This document shows positions 49,270 to 60,067 of a stretch of 64,000 nucleotides of DNA, in pieces (position 1 is the first letter of the stretch; the number at the start of each line of letters is the position of its first letter). This DNA comes from Bacteroidales bacterium. Lineage in GTDB: Bacteria > Bacteroidota > Bacteroidia > Bacteroidales > UBA932. Position numbers and translations under genes: made by a program. Location: positions 18,479-82,478 of the forward strand of contig JAFVOX010000004.1 of assembly GCA_017505605.1 (NCBI GenBank). Reading direction: 5' to 3'. The notes beneath the pieces are model-generated. The model had not been told where the DNA came from. It ran no database searches and saw only the letters and a list, made by a program, of their open reading frames with translations.

Positions 49270-50295
49270 ATGAAGACTATCATCAGATCAATGTTCATTG
49301 CCGGTGCTGTCGTTATGGCAGCAGGTTGCGGCAGCAAAGGTGCTCAGCAGGCCGCTGTTGAAGTGGTGGACACTACTCCGGTAGTGGCTGTAACCAAGGT
49401 TTCCGTACGTGAGGTTCCGCAGGATGCGACATACACCTCTACAGTCCAGGCCTATGTAAAGAACAACATCACTCCGCAGACAGGAGGCCGTATCTCTGTA
49501 ATCAAGGCTGACATCGGTGACTTTGTGACTGAGGGTCAGGTACTTGCAGAGATTGATAAGGCTCAGCTCCAGCAGGCCCAGCTCCAGCTCGCCAACCAGG
49601 AGGTTGAGCTCGGACGTCTCAAATCCCTCTACCAGGCGGGCGGACTTTCAAAGTCAGACCTCGATGCAATCGAACTTCAGTATAATGTTACCAAGACTCA
49701 GGTGGAGAACCTTCTTGAGAACACAGTGCTCCGCAGCCCTATCAACGGTGTCGTTACAGCACGTAACTATGATGTGGGAGATATGTGCTCGGTAAGCGCT
49801 CCTATCTTCACTGTAGAGCAGATCGTACCTGTGAAGCTGCTTGTAGCCATTTCGGAGTCAGACTATACTAAAGTAAAGAAAGGTGATTCAGTGGAGCTCG
49901 TCGCTGATGCCATCCCAGGCAAGACATTCTACGGCAAGATCAAGAAGATCTATCCGACAATCGACCCTGCAACACGTACATTCAATGTTGAGGTTGTAGT
50001 GGACAATAACTATAAGACTCTCCGTCCGGGAATGTTCGTAAGAGCTACAGTGAACTTCGGAGTGAACAACAGCGTGGTGATTCCCGACGTGGCTGTAGTG
50101 AAGCAGCAGGGCTCGGGAGAGAGATTTGTATATGTCCTCAATTCAGATAACACCGTAACCTACACAAAGGTGGTTCTCGGACGTCGTATGGGTACAGAAT
50201 ATGAGGTTCTTGAAGGAATCGAGGACGGCGCAACCATCGTCACAGGAGGTCAGATCCGCCTCAAGGATGGAATCAAGGTCAATGTAAACGAGTAA
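49270..50295 (+). CDS. RND efflux periplasmic adaptor (MFP), lipoprotein
   Basis: Lipobox AAGC; GDFVTEGQVL, LRSPINGVV, IDPATRT, LRPGMF. Confidence 0.92.
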   Translation: MKTIIRSMFIAGAVVMAAGCGSKGAQQAAVEVVDTTPVVAVTKVSVREVPQDATYTSTVQAYVKNNITPQTGGRISVIKADIGDFVTEGQVLAEIDKAQLQQAQLQLANQEVELGRLKSLYQAGGLSKSDLDAIELQYNVTKTQVENLLENTVLRSPINGVVTARNYDVGDMCSVSAPIFTVEQIVPVKLLVAISESDYTKVKKGDSVELVADAIPGKTFYGKIKKIYPTIDPATRTFNVEVVVDNNYKTLRPGMFVRATVNFGVNNSVVIPDVAVVKQQGSGERFVYVLNSDNTVTYTKVVLGRRMGTEYEVLEGIEDGATIVTGGQIRLKDGIKVNVNE

Positions 50296-50299
50296 TCAT

Positions 50300-53200
50300 A
50301 TGAGCATATATAGAAAAGCGGTCAATAACCCGGTGACAACAGCACTGATCTTCATCGCCCTGGCGATCTTCGGTGTGTTTTCACTGATAAACCTGTCCCT
50401 TGACAGATTCCCTAAGTTCGATGCCAACGTCGTGATGGTGATGTCATCGTATTCGGGAGCAAGTGCGCAGGACATCGAGACAAACCTTACAAAGGTGCTC
50501 GAGAACTCCCTCAACGGAGTGAGTGACCTCAAGAACATTACCTCTACTTCGAAGGAGAATGTGTCTTTGATTACCCTCGAATTCGTGGAGGGTGTGGATA
50601 TCGACGTCGCAACCAATGACGTGCGAGACAAACTGGATATGGTGAACTCTGTCCTTCCTGACGGAGCGTCACTTCCGATCATCTTCAAGTTCAGCGCTGA
50701 CGATATGCCTATTATGATTATGTCGGCGACAGCAAACCAGAGCTACACTGCCCTTGAGAAGATTCTCGACGAGAAGGTGGCGACACCTCTGGCACGTGTC
50801 TCAGGTGTGGGAACTGTCTCTGTGTCAGGAGCTCCGCAGCGCGAGATTCAGGTCTATTGCGACCCGAACAAGCTCGAGGCCTATGGCCTTACAATCGCTG
50901 GAATATCCAATATCATCGCATCTGAGAACCGAAATATCCCTAGCGGATCCATCGATATCGGATCGAACGCATATTCACTCCGCGTCGAAAAGGAATTTAC
51001 AGGTGCCGATGAACTCCTCGATGTAGTGGTTGCCCATTATAACGGCAGGTCCATATATCTTCGTGACGTCGCACGAGTGATCGACGGAGTCGAGGAAAGA
51101 TATCAGGAGTCGTACATCAATGGAAATCAGGGTGCGCAGATCGTTATCCAGAAACAGGCGGATGCCAACACCGTGAATGTGATCAAAGGTGTACAGAAAG
51201 AGATGGAGAAGATCAAGAAGACTCTTCCTTCCGACATCAACATTACTACAGTCGTAGACGGATCAGAGAACATCATCAACACTCTCAACTCCTTGAAGGA
51301 GACAATTGTACTTACATTCCTCATCGTGATGCTCGTGGTTTACCTCTTCCTTGGAAGATGGAGGGCTACATTCATCATCGTTCTTGCGATTCCGATCTCA
51401 CTCCTTGCTTCATTGATGTATCTCTGGGCCACAGGAAATACCTTGAACATCGTGTCGATGTCAGCCCTTTCCATTGCTATCGGTATGGTCGTCGACGATG
51501 CCATCGTGGTGCTGGAGAACATCTCTACCCACCTGGAGAGAGGTGCAAAGCCTAAGGAAGCCGCAGTCCACGCCACTCAGGAGGTGGGTATATCCGTAAT
51601 TGCTTCAACTCTTACAATGCTTGCCGTGTTCCTTCCTTTGACAATGATCAAGGGTATGGCGGGTCTTATGTTCAAACAGCTCGGATGGATTGTCAGCATC
51701 ATTATGATCGTGTCGACTGTGGGTGCGCTTACGCTCATCCCTATGCTTTGCTCGCAGTTCCTTCGCTTCAAGCCTAAGACAGGAAAGATTCACGATCTGA
51801 TTTTCGGCAACTTCAATAAGCTTATCGATCTTATTTCAAGCGGATATGGAAAACTCATCAACTGGTGTGTTACTCACAGAACTGTAGTTGTGGTGACTTC
51901 GCTCGTTGTCTTCTTCGGTGTCGTGGGTGTGTTTGCCCCTGGCATCAAGACCGAGTTCTTCCCTAAGTCGGATGACGGCCGTATTACAATCCAGCTTGAG
52001 CTTCCTGCAGGTACAGGCCAGTCAGTTACACGTTCGCTTGCACACGAGATCTACGCAAAGATCGAGGCGGCTGTGCCGGAAATCGTGAACTGCTCGTACA
52101 CTCTCGGACAGGCTGACTCAGACAATGCTTTTGCATCTATGCAGACCAACGGTACTCACGTGATGTCCTATAACATCAACGTAGGAAGTATGGAGGAGCG
52201 TGAGCGTTCTTCAGGCCAGATCGCCGGAGTTATCCGCGGAATCCTCGCCGACTATCCTGAATTCAAGAAGGTGCGTGTCACAGAAGGTGGCGGAATGGGA
52301 ATGGGTGGTGCATCTACCGTTGATGTCGAGGTCTATGGCTACGATTTCGCGACTACAGACCGTGTTGCAAAGGAAATTCAGGCTAAGATGCTTGCTGACG
52401 GAGGATGCTCTCAGGTCATCATCAGCCGCGATGAGTACACACCTGAATATGAGGTTGACTTTGATCGTGAAAAGCTGGCTATCAATGGGTTGAATACCAC
52501 TACGGCGGCTTCTTACCTTAGCGCTGCAATCAACGGTTCCACAATGTCATACTATCGTGAAGACGGAGACGAGTACGGAATCCGCGTACGTTATGCTCCT
52601 GAGTTCAGACAGGGCATTGAGGACATCGAGAACATTATGATCTATAACAATTCCGGCAGAGGAGTCAGAATCAAGGATGTGGGTACTGTTGTCGAGATCC
52701 TCACACCTCCTTCGATCCAGAGAAAGAACAGAGAGCGTCTTATCACTGTTTCAGGTATCGTGAGCGACGGTTATGCGTTGTCAGATGTAGTGGCGATGAC
52801 TCAGAAGTCCATCTCGGAGGTTGACATTCCTTCAGAGGTGATGGTGGAGATAGGTGGTTCGTTCGAGGATCAGCAGGAGACCTTCGGTGACCTCATCCTC
52901 CTTCTTGCGATGATCATCATCCTTGTGTACATTGTGATGGCTTCGCAGTTCGAGTCGTTTATGAGTCCGTTCGTGATTATGTTCTCTATTCCGTTTGCAT
53001 TCGTCGGAGTCATTCTCGGTCTTACAGTCAGCGGAACACCTCTGGGAGTTATGGGACTCATCGGTGTGCTCATCCTTATGGGTGTGGTTGTGAAGAACGG
53101 TATCGTGCTCATTGACTACACCATCCTTCAGCAGGAGAGGGGCAAGTCAGTGAATGAGGCTTGTGTGATTGCAGCCAATTCACGTCTGCGTCCTATCCTT

Positions 53201-53407
53201 ATGACCACACTTACAACCGTCCTCGGTATGCTTCCGATGGCATTGGGCAAGGGCGAAGGTTCGGAAATGTGGCGTTCGCTCGGTATGGTCGTGGCCTGGG
53301 GTCTTTCGATCTCTACCCTCGTGACCCTCGTCATCATCCCTACCGTATATGCTTCAATGGCATCTTGGCAGGAGCGCCGCAGAGCAAAGAAAGCAATGAA
53401 GAATTAA
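50300..53407 (+). CDS. AcrB/AcrD/AcrF-family RND permease
   Basis: GMVVDDAIVVLEN, GVVVKNGIVL, RLRPILMT. Confidence 0.95.
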   Translation: MSIYRKAVNNPVTTALIFIALAIFGVFSLINLSLDRFPKFDANVVMVMSSYSGASAQDIETNLTKVLENSLNGVSDLKNITSTSKENVSLITLEFVEGVDIDVATNDVRDKLDMVNSVLPDGASLPIIFKFSADDMPIMIMSATANQSYTALEKILDEKVATPLARVSGVGTVSVSGAPQREIQVYCDPNKLEAYGLTIAGISNIIASENRNIPSGSIDIGSNAYSLRVEKEFTGADELLDVVVAHYNGRSIYLRDVARVIDGVEERYQESYINGNQGAQIVIQKQADANTVNVIKGVQKEMEKIKKTLPSDINITTVVDGSENIINTLNSLKETIVLTFLIVMLVVYLFLGRWRATFIIVLAIPISLLASLMYLWATGNTLNIVSMSALSIAIGMVVDDAIVVLENISTHLERGAKPKEAAVHATQEVGISVIASTLTMLAVFLPLTMIKGMAGLMFKQLGWIVSIIMIVSTVGALTLIPMLCSQFLRFKPKTGKIHDLIFGNFNKLIDLISSGYGKLINWCVTHRTVVVVTSLVVFFGVVGVFAPGIKTEFFPKSDDGRITIQLELPAGTGQSVTRSLAHEIYAKIEAAVPEIVNCSYTLGQADSDNAFASMQTNGTHVMSYNINVGSMEERERSSGQIAGVIRGILADYPEFKKVRVTEGGGMGMGGASTVDVEVYGYDFATTDRVAKEIQAKMLADGGCSQVIISRDEYTPEYEVDFDREKLAINGLNTTTAASYLSAAINGSTMSYYREDGDEYGIRVRYAPEFRQGIEDIENIMIYNNSGRGVRIKDVGTVVEILTPPSIQRKNRERLITVSGIVSDGYALSDVVAMTQKSISEVDIPSEVMVEIGGSFEDQQETFGDLILLLAMIIILVYIVMASQFESFMSPFVIMFSIPFAFVGVILGLTVSGTPLGVMGLIGVLILMGVVVKNGIVLIDYTILQQERGKSVNEACVIAANSRLRPILMTTLTTVLGMLPMALGKGEGSEMWRSLGMVVAWGLSISTLVTLVIIPTVYASMASWQERRRAKKAMKN

Positions 53408-53422
53408 TATCGACGAGAATAT

Positions 53423-53716
53423 ATGAAAGGTATATTTATATCATATAACCAGGCCTATAATATGGAGGTCGTAGACATCCTCGAGAACCTCGGATGTCGT
53501 GGATATACAATGTGGAACGACATTGCGGGACGTGGCAGCGAATCCGGCGAGCCGCACCTGGGCAGCCACGCCTGGCCGACGATGAACAATGCGCTGCTTG
53601 CTTTTGTTCCGGCAGAAAAGGTGGATGAAATCCTTAACGAGATACGTCTCAAGGATGAGGAGACACCGGCTTTGGGAATCAGAGCTTTTGTGTGGAATGT
53701 AGAACGTTCGTATTAG
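53423..53716 (+). CDS. PII-like transporter-associated protein (PG0541-like)
   Basis: RGYTMW..IAGRGS.SGEPHLGSHAWP; last gene of the RND operon. Confidence 0.8.
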   Translation: MKGIFISYNQAYNMEVVDILENLGCRGYTMWNDIAGRGSESGEPHLGSHAWPTMNNALLAFVPAEKVDEILNEIRLKDEETPALGIRAFVWNVERSY

Positions 53717-53738
53717 AATATATTCCCATATATATTGT

Positions 53739-53775
53739 ATTCGACCCACAAATTTTTTATATTTGCGGGTCGAAT
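53739..53775 (+). promoter_or_regulatory. Hairpin overlapping a -7 promoter (RND terminator and promoter of the next operon)
   Basis: ATTCGACCCACAAAT/ATTTGCGGGTCGAAT stem containing TATATTTG at 53758-53765. Confidence 0.55.
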
Positions 53776-53812
53776 GCCTTTTTATATAGGTTATTAGTAC
53801 TGATTTAATATA

Positions 53813-54469
53813 ATGCTTATGAAAAAAATTATTGCAACAATTCTAGTCTTGATGATAGCTTCAGCTTCAGCTGCCACCATAGAAGCAAAGCGTTTTGGTA
53901 TCAAGGGAGGAGTAAATGTAACCGACCTTAATTTTGAAAATGGAAGGACTCCGGGTGCGCTTGGCTATCAGCTTGGTCTTTCCTGGCAGTATGACCTTCC
54001 GCTCGGATTTTCAATTCAGCCGGACATCCTCTACCACGTAAAGGCTACAAAGTTTGAGCAGATAGAGTCGCAGCTTGGACTTGGATATGTTGAGGTCCCT
54101 GTAAATGTACAGTGGGGCTTGAGATTTGCAGACAAGAACATCCGCGTATTTGCACAGGCTTCGCCATTTGTAGGCTATGCGATTGCGCAGACAGGAAATG
54201 AAACTGGAAACTCAATTTTTGGAGAGTATAAGGACCTTGCTGACAAGATCGGCATTGAAACAGACAAGTGGGAAGGCATCAACAGGTTCTCGTATGGTGC
54301 AGGCGTCGGAGCCGGTGTTCAGTTCGGCATCCTTCAGCTTACTGCCCAGTACAACTGGAACTTCGGTAATCTCCTTGACCTCAAGGACACAGATTGGGAG
54401 ACCATAAAGGGACAATTCAATGAGGCAAATCACTCAGGTTACACAATTTCGCTTGGAATCCTGTTCTAA
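53813..54469 (+). CDS. PorT-like small outer membrane beta-barrel protein
   Basis: Signal peptide; FGIKGGVN, IQPDILY, YVEVPVNVQWG; terminal Phe. Confidence 0.8.
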   Translation: MLMKKIIATILVLMIASASAATIEAKRFGIKGGVNVTDLNFENGRTPGALGYQLGLSWQYDLPLGFSIQPDILYHVKATKFEQIESQLGLGYVEVPVNVQWGLRFADKNIRVFAQASPFVGYAIAQTGNETGNSIFGEYKDLADKIGIETDKWEGINRFSYGAGVGAGVQFGILQLTAQYNWNFGNLLDLKDTDWETIKGQFNEANHSGYTISLGILF

Positions 54470-54501
54470 AACAGAACGTAATTAACTTAAATTTTATAGA
54501 T

Positions 54502-54816
54502 ATGGCAAAAGTATTGACAGATGCGAATTTCGCGGAGACCCTTAATACAGACATCCCTGTAGTAGTGGATTTCTGGGCTACTTGGTGCGGCCCTTGCAAG
54601 GCGATCGCTCCTATCGTTGAGGAAGTTGCTGCTGAGTATGAAGGCAAGGCTGCCGTGTGCAAATGCAATGTAGATGATTGCGACGATGTTCCTATGACAT
54701 ACGGCATCAGAAGCATCCCTACTCTTCTTTTCTTCAAGAATGGTGAGCTTGTTGACAGACACGTAGGTGTGATCTCAAAGGCTGACCTTTCTGCAAAAAT
54801 CGATTCACTTCTTTAA
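54502..54816 (+). CDS. trxA: Thioredoxin
   Basis: VDFWATWCGPCK, GIRSIPTLLFFKNG. Confidence 0.96.
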   Translation: MAKVLTDANFAETLNTDIPVVVDFWATWCGPCKAIAPIVEEVAAEYEGKAAVCKCNVDDCDDVPMTYGIRSIPTLLFFKNGELVDRHVGVISKADLSAKIDSLL

Positions 54817-54828
54817 TTTTTTTATAGT

Positions 54829-55446
54829 ATGAAAAAGATTCTTATGGCCGCAGCAATGCTTGTGGCAGGACTTATGACGGCAGGTACAGCTTCAGCACGT
54901 GGTTTCGGTGTTACAGGAGGACTTAACTTCAATTCAGTAACTGTCGAGGATCTCCAGATGGACACAAAGGCAGGATTCAATTTAGGTGTTACTTATCTTC
55001 TGGATCTTCCGCTTGGACTTTCTGTGCAGCCTTCACTCCTATACTCGCAGAATTCACTCGATTATTCAACTCTTGAGAGTATCGAGGCTATGCAGAAGGT
55101 TGGTTCTGTAAAACTCCCCGTATCAGTGCAGTGGGGACCGGACCTTATCATTGCAAGACCTTTCATTGATGTTACTCCTTACGTGGGTTACACTCTTTCA
55201 AACAAGCTTGAGGGTGGCCTTAAGGGTGTTGTAAGCGGTGAGACTTCTCTTGAGAACACATTCGAGTATGGTGTAGGTCTTGGTGCCGGTGTCAACATCT
55301 GGAAGCTTCAGGCTATCGTGCGTTACAACTGGAACTTCGGTCTTCTTGGCAAACTTGATGATTTCAAGGACCTTGGCATCGGAGACTTCAAGACAGAAAA
55401 CGACACTTACGGAGGCGTAACAGTTTCTGTAGCCTACTTCTTCTAA
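54829..55446 (+). CDS. PorT-like small outer membrane beta-barrel protein
   Basis: Signal peptide; FGVTGGLN, VQPSLLY, LPVSVQWG, RYNWNFG; terminal Phe. Paralogue of 53813..54469. Confidence 0.8.
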   Translation: MKKILMAAAMLVAGLMTAGTASARGFGVTGGLNFNSVTVEDLQMDTKAGFNLGVTYLLDLPLGLSVQPSLLYSQNSLDYSTLESIEAMQKVGSVKLPVSVQWGPDLIIARPFIDVTPYVGYTLSNKLEGGLKGVVSGETSLENTFEYGVGLGAGVNIWKLQAIVRYNWNFGLLGKLDDFKDLGIGDFKTENDTYGGVTVSVAYFF

Positions 55447-55466
55447 GATTTTAACAGAACGATTGG

Positions 55467-56000
55467 ATGAAGGGGAAAATAGCAGTTTTCTGCTCAGCAA
55501 GTTATACAATAGATCCAAAGTACAACAAAGTCGCCCGTGAATTTGTCCGGGCGGCTTCGTTGCGTGGATACGGCATTGTTTCCGGAGGTACGGTAAAGGG
55601 TACAATGGGAGAGATTTCTGAAGAGCTCCGCGACTGTGGAGGCTGGCATCTTGGAGTCATTCCGCGTTTTATGAAGCAGTATGTGTATCCGGATCTTTCA
55701 GAGGTTATCTGGACAGACACGATGGCCGAAAGGAAGACACTTCTTCGTGAAGGTACAACAGCTGTCGTAGCTCTTCCGGGTGGCATCGGAACACTTGATG
55801 AAGTCATTGAGACTTATGCTCTCCTGCATCTGAAACAGTACGACGGAAGGATTTTCCTTTTGAACCACGAAGGTTTCTATGAGCCTCTCAGAGCGCTTCT
55901 GCAGCACTATGTGAACGTGAATATGCTCAGTCCGGAGACCTTTGCACGTATTGAGATTCTTGAGACTCCAGAGGCTATTCTGGAGGCATTGGAGAAATAG
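55467..56000 (+). CDS. LOG-family nucleotide phosphoribohydrolase (TIGR00730-like)
   Basis: VFCSAS, GVIPRFM, MAERK, LPGGIGTLDE. Confidence 0.88.
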   Translation: MKGKIAVFCSASYTIDPKYNKVAREFVRAASLRGYGIVSGGTVKGTMGEISEELRDCGGWHLGVIPRFMKQYVYPDLSEVIWTDTMAERKTLLREGTTAVVALPGGIGTLDEVIETYALLHLKQYDGRIFLLNHEGFYEPLRALLQHYVNVNMLSPETFARIEILETPEAILEALEK

Positions 56001-56002
56001 TA

Positions 56003-56992
56003 ATGGACCTTAAGGCGATCAAGGAATATCTAGGGAATGACTGGGTGGCGGTGCAGAAGCATATTACTTCTGCGCTGCGCAGTGACATTGACCTTCTCAA
56101 TGCGACAAATGATTCCATCCTGTCGCATTCGGGAAAGCAGTTACGTCCTCTTCTGACGGTGCTTTTTGCACGCGCCTGCAACCCGGCATTGGCTGCCCTT
56201 CCGGCATCCTCAGCCGGCTATGCCGCCGCTTCGGAGCTTCTGCACAACGCTACGCTTCTGCACGACGATGTGGCTGACGACAGCCACCAGCGCCGAGGTG
56301 TGCCGACCATTATGTCCTTGATGGGACCTTCGGTGTCTGTTCTTGTGGGTGACTACTGGCTCGTAAAGGCTATGGAACTCATCCTGGACGGTTCCGGAGA
56401 TGACACTACGGTGATCCGACTGTTCTCCCGCACATTGAGCGATCTGGCTGAAGGAGAGATGCTTCAGCTCCAGAAGGCGCAGAAGGGAGACACCAATGAG
56501 CAGGACTATCTCAGGATAATCTACAACAAGACAGGCTCGCTTTTCGTGGCTGCCTGTATGTCTGGAGCCATTTCTGTAGGCGCGACTGAAGAATACAGAA
56601 ATGTGGCGCGTGAATATGCAAGGACTTTGGGCCTGGCATTCCAGATCAAGGATGACATCCTTGATTATGCCGGCACCGAGTCTGTCGGAAAGCCTCTGGG
56701 TGTGGACATTCTTGAGCAGAAGATCACTATGCCTCTTCTTGGCGCTTTCGTAAATGCAGGTGCAGATGAGGAGAAGCGTGTCCGTGCTATGGTGCGTGAC
56801 ATCCTTGATCACCCTGAGTACCGTGACGACATAGTAGCGTTTGTAAAAGAGAACGGAGGCCTCGAATATGCGGTCGAGCGTCTCGATGATTATGTGAACC
56901 AGGCAGTCAAGGTGCTTGAAGTCCTTCCGGATTCGAAAGAGAAGGAACTCCTTGTCCAGCTTGCGTATTTCACAGCTAAAAGAGTAATGTAA
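56003..56992 (+). CDS. ispB: Polyprenyl diphosphate synthase
   Basis: GKQLRP, LLHDDVAD..RRG, FQIKDDILD, GKPLGVD. Confidence 0.88.
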   Translation: MDLKAIKEYLGNDWVAVQKHITSALRSDIDLLNATNDSILSHSGKQLRPLLTVLFARACNPALAALPASSAGYAAASELLHNATLLHDDVADDSHQRRGVPTIMSLMGPSVSVLVGDYWLVKAMELILDGSGDDTTVIRLFSRTLSDLAEGEMLQLQKAQKGDTNEQDYLRIIYNKTGSLFVAACMSGAISVGATEEYRNVAREYARTLGLAFQIKDDILDYAGTESVGKPLGVDILEQKITMPLLGAFVNAGADEEKRVRAMVRDILDHPEYRDDIVAFVKENGGLEYAVERLDDYVNQAVKVLEVLPDSKEKELLVQLAYFTAKRVM

Positions 56993-58048
56993 ATGAGGTT
57001 TGCTGATGTCATAGGAAATGCGGAGGTCGCCCGTACGCTGGTCAATATGGCCGACAGCGGAAGGGTGGCTCACGCTATGCTGATGTACGAGAACGAGGGC
57101 TGCGGCGCCCTTGCTCTTGCATTGGCTTATGTACAGTACCTGAACTGCAGCAATCCTTCAGGCGGTGACTCCTGCGGCGAATGTCCTTCCTGCCGTCAGA
57201 TGTCCAAGCTGATCCATCCGGATGTGCATTTCGTCTTTCCTGTAAACAAGGGACCTAAGACTTCTGATGACAAGCCGACATCCGAATCATATATAAAGTA
57301 CTGGAGGGAACTGGCTGTTGCAGATCCGTATTTTACGGAATCAGATCTGCAGAAAGCCATTGGAATTGAAAGCAAAAACGGCCTTATAGCTGTTGCTGAG
57401 GCCAAATCCATAATAAATAAGCTGTCTCTGACTGCTGTTGGTGACGGCTACAAGGCGGTAATCTTTTATCTGCCTGAGAAAATGAATCAGGAGACTGCCA
57501 ACAGACTTCTGAAGATGGTGGAGGAACCACCTGTGCAGACGTTGTTCATATTCATAACTCACGCACCGGAGAAGGTCCTTCAGACCATATTTTCGCGATG
57601 CCAGAGTGTGCGTGTGATGCCTCTGACGAAGGAGGAGGCGGCCCGCGTCAACGCTCTGAAGCCGCAGTCGGAAGATTCGGATGCCGATGTGTTCCAGGAA
57701 CTTTTCTATGACCTGATGAACAGTATCGTGTCACGTGACCTTATGGCTGCCCTTGAGTGCGGCGAGGCAATAGCTGCATTGGATTCCCGTGAGAAGCAGA
57801 AGGCTTTCTGTGCCTATGCGGGAGATTGTATGAGAAAGATATTTATGATTCAGCGGAATATGCCGCAGATCGCTGGTGTTGAGGATGGGGAACAGGAGTT
57901 CTACGCCTCCCTGGCACAGAAATGCGGACAGGAATTCTGCTCGAAATCAATGACTAATATAGAGAAGGTGGTGGCGATGATCGACAGGAACGTAAATTCC
58001 AAGATCCTCTTCTGCGACCTTGTCAACCGAATGTTTTTAAGCATTTGA
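56993..58048 (+). CDS. holB: DNA polymerase III subunit delta'
   Basis: CGECPSC, HPDVHFVFP, ANRLLKMVEEPP, TIFSRCQ; adjacent to ricT. Confidence 0.9.
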   Translation: MRFADVIGNAEVARTLVNMADSGRVAHAMLMYENEGCGALALALAYVQYLNCSNPSGGDSCGECPSCRQMSKLIHPDVHFVFPVNKGPKTSDDKPTSESYIKYWRELAVADPYFTESDLQKAIGIESKNGLIAVAEAKSIINKLSLTAVGDGYKAVIFYLPEKMNQETANRLLKMVEEPPVQTLFIFITHAPEKVLQTIFSRCQSVRVMPLTKEEAARVNALKPQSEDSDADVFQELFYDLMNSIVSRDLMAALECGEAIAALDSREKQKAFCAYAGDCMRKIFMIQRNMPQIAGVEDGEQEFYASLAQKCGQEFCSKSMTNIEKVVAMIDRNVNSKILFCDLVNRMFLSI

Positions 58049-58077
58049 TACCTTTTAAAATTGCGAAACTTAAGTGT

Positions 58078-59247
58078 ATGAGTGAAAGTAAGATATATGA
58101 CTGCTCACGCGGCTGTGAGGTAGAGAGGAACGAAGCAGGGGAGGTGGAGTGTACCTACCGAAGAGGCTGCTGCAAGCTTGAGGTATATGATTGGCTTGAA
58201 GGAGTAAACCAGGAGCAGTACAACGACTATTTCGAGGTCCGTTTCAAGAACACCCGCAAGGGAATCTACAAGAACGGATCTGGACAGAGCATAAAGACCG
58301 GAGACCTCGTCATCGTAGAAGCGGCAAACGGACACGACTTGGGCATCGTTACCCTTGAAGGACCTATTGTCGGACGTCAGATGAAGAGCAAGAGGATAAA
58401 TCCAGAGACCTTTGAGTTCAAGAGGATCTACCGCAAGGCCAAGCTTTTCGACATCGAAAGATGGCAGGAAGCGATTGCCCGCGAGCACGAGACTATGATC
58501 CGCTCGCGTCAGATCGCTGCTGAGCTCGGTCTTGATATGAAGATCGGTGATGTGGAGTTCCAGGGAGACGGATCAAAAGCTATATTTTACTATATCGCTG
58601 ACGGTCGTGTGGACTTCCGACAGCTTATCAAGGTCTTTGCTGAGGAGTTCCGTATCAGGATCGAGATGAAGCAGATCGGAGCCCGCCAGGAAGCCGGCCT
58701 CATCGGAGGCCTGGGCGTCTGCGGCCGCGAGCTCTGCTGTTCCAACTACATTTCCAGTTTCCAGTCCATTACAACTTCTGCTGCACGCTGCCAGGATCTA
58801 TCTCTGAATCCGACCAAGCTTGCAGGCCAGTGCGGCAAGCTCAAATGCTGTCTGAACTACGAGACAGCAGCATATATGGATGCTCAGACACGAATCCCTA
58901 AGGTACACAATCCTCTTGAGTTTGAAGATGGTCTTGCATATCTGATGAAGACAGACATTCTTCGTGAGATTATGTACTTCTCGTATGACCCGTCGTCACT
59001 TGCAAACCTCTATCCTCTTTATGCTGAGGATGTCTGGGATATCATAAGGATGAACCGTAACGGTGAGAAACCTGCATCTCTGAAGAATGAAGAGCCTGCA
59101 ATGCCGGAGTTCGTGACAGCAGTGGGAGATGACAGCATCAGCCGTTTCGACGAGACACGCAAGCGCAAGAACAAGAGAAAGAAGAAGTCAGGCAACAAGA
59201 ACAAGTCAAAAGGAGAACCGAAATCAAATGGGAAAGGACAAGCTTAG
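58078..59247 (+). CDS. ricT: PSP1-domain protein RicT/YaaT
   Basis: RVDFRQLIK, GVCGRELCC, KLAGQCGKLKCCLNYE. Confidence 0.9.
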   Translation: MSESKIYDCSRGCEVERNEAGEVECTYRRGCCKLEVYDWLEGVNQEQYNDYFEVRFKNTRKGIYKNGSGQSIKTGDLVIVEAANGHDLGIVTLEGPIVGRQMKSKRINPETFEFKRIYRKAKLFDIERWQEAIAREHETMIRSRQIAAELGLDMKIGDVEFQGDGSKAIFYYIADGRVDFRQLIKVFAEEFRIRIEMKQIGARQEAGLIGGLGVCGRELCCSNYISSFQSITTSAARCQDLSLNPTKLAGQCGKLKCCLNYETAAYMDAQTRIPKVHNPLEFEDGLAYLMKTDILREIMYFSYDPSSLANLYPLYAEDVWDIIRMNRNGEKPASLKNEEPAMPEFVTAVGDDSISRFDETRKRKNKRKKKSGNKNKSKGEPKSNGKGQA

Positions 59248-60052
59248 AAAATTCCGTGAGAATGAGACCTTCAAGTGTCTCATCCAGCCTTCGACTTCTG
59301 AGGTCCTGAACTGTGACCACCCTCTGAAAGGCAACTGGGGCCGCGAGGTGTTCGGCAATGACAACCCTATCGTAGTCGAGCTCGGCTGCGGCAAGGGTGA
59401 CTACACTGTGGATCTTGCCGAGCGCAACCCTTCGTGCAACTACATCGGAGTGGACATCAAGGGCGCCCGTCTGTGGAAAGGAGCAAAATATGCCACTGAA
59501 CACGCTCTGGGCAATGTTGCCTTCCTTCGTACACGTATAGAATTCATCGAATCATTGTTTGCAGAAAACGAGATTTCGGAAATATGGATCACTTTCGCCG
59601 ATCCTCAGATCGGCCGTGAAAAGAAGCGCCTGACGGCTCCTCTCTTTATGAACCGCTACCGCAACTTCCTCTGCAAGGGTGGTATAATTCATCTCAAGAC
59701 CGACAGCCGCTATCTCCACGAGTACTCGCTGGCTATGGCTCAGCAGAATGACCTGCACATCCTTGCAGCAGCTACAGACATATACGGTGCTGACCGTGAG
59801 AGACTCTATGACAGCGAGCTTTCGTCAATATGCGGACGTGCCGCTGTGGATGCCCTCTTCGAGGTGCAGACCTTCTACGAATCACAGTACCTTGCTCAGG
59901 GCTTTCCGATCACCTACCTGTCTTTCCTGGCAGACCACGATGGCGACTACCTCTCTCCTGAATGGGCTGAAGACCTCTGGAAGGATGAGGGCCATCATTT
60001 CGTCATCCCTTCAGGTCTCGCAGTAGCTTCAAAATTCTACCCCGAAGGATAA
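59228..60052 (+). CDS. trmB: tRNA (guanine46-N7)-methyltransferase
   Basis: MGKDKLRKF, ELGCGKGDY, GVDIKGARLW, WITFADPQ, HLKTD. Confidence 0.93.
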   Translation: MGKDKLRKFRENETFKCLIQPSTSEVLNCDHPLKGNWGREVFGNDNPIVVELGCGKGDYTVDLAERNPSCNYIGVDIKGARLWKGAKYATEHALGNVAFLRTRIEFIESLFAENEISEIWITFADPQIGREKKRLTAPLFMNRYRNFLCKGGIIHLKTDSRYLHEYSLAMAQQNDLHILAAATDIYGADRERLYDSELSSICGRAAVDALFEVQTFYESQYLAQGFPITYLSFLADHDGDYLSPEWAEDLWKDEGHHFVIPSGLAVASKFYPEG

Positions 60053-60067
60053 TAGCCAAGTGTAGCG

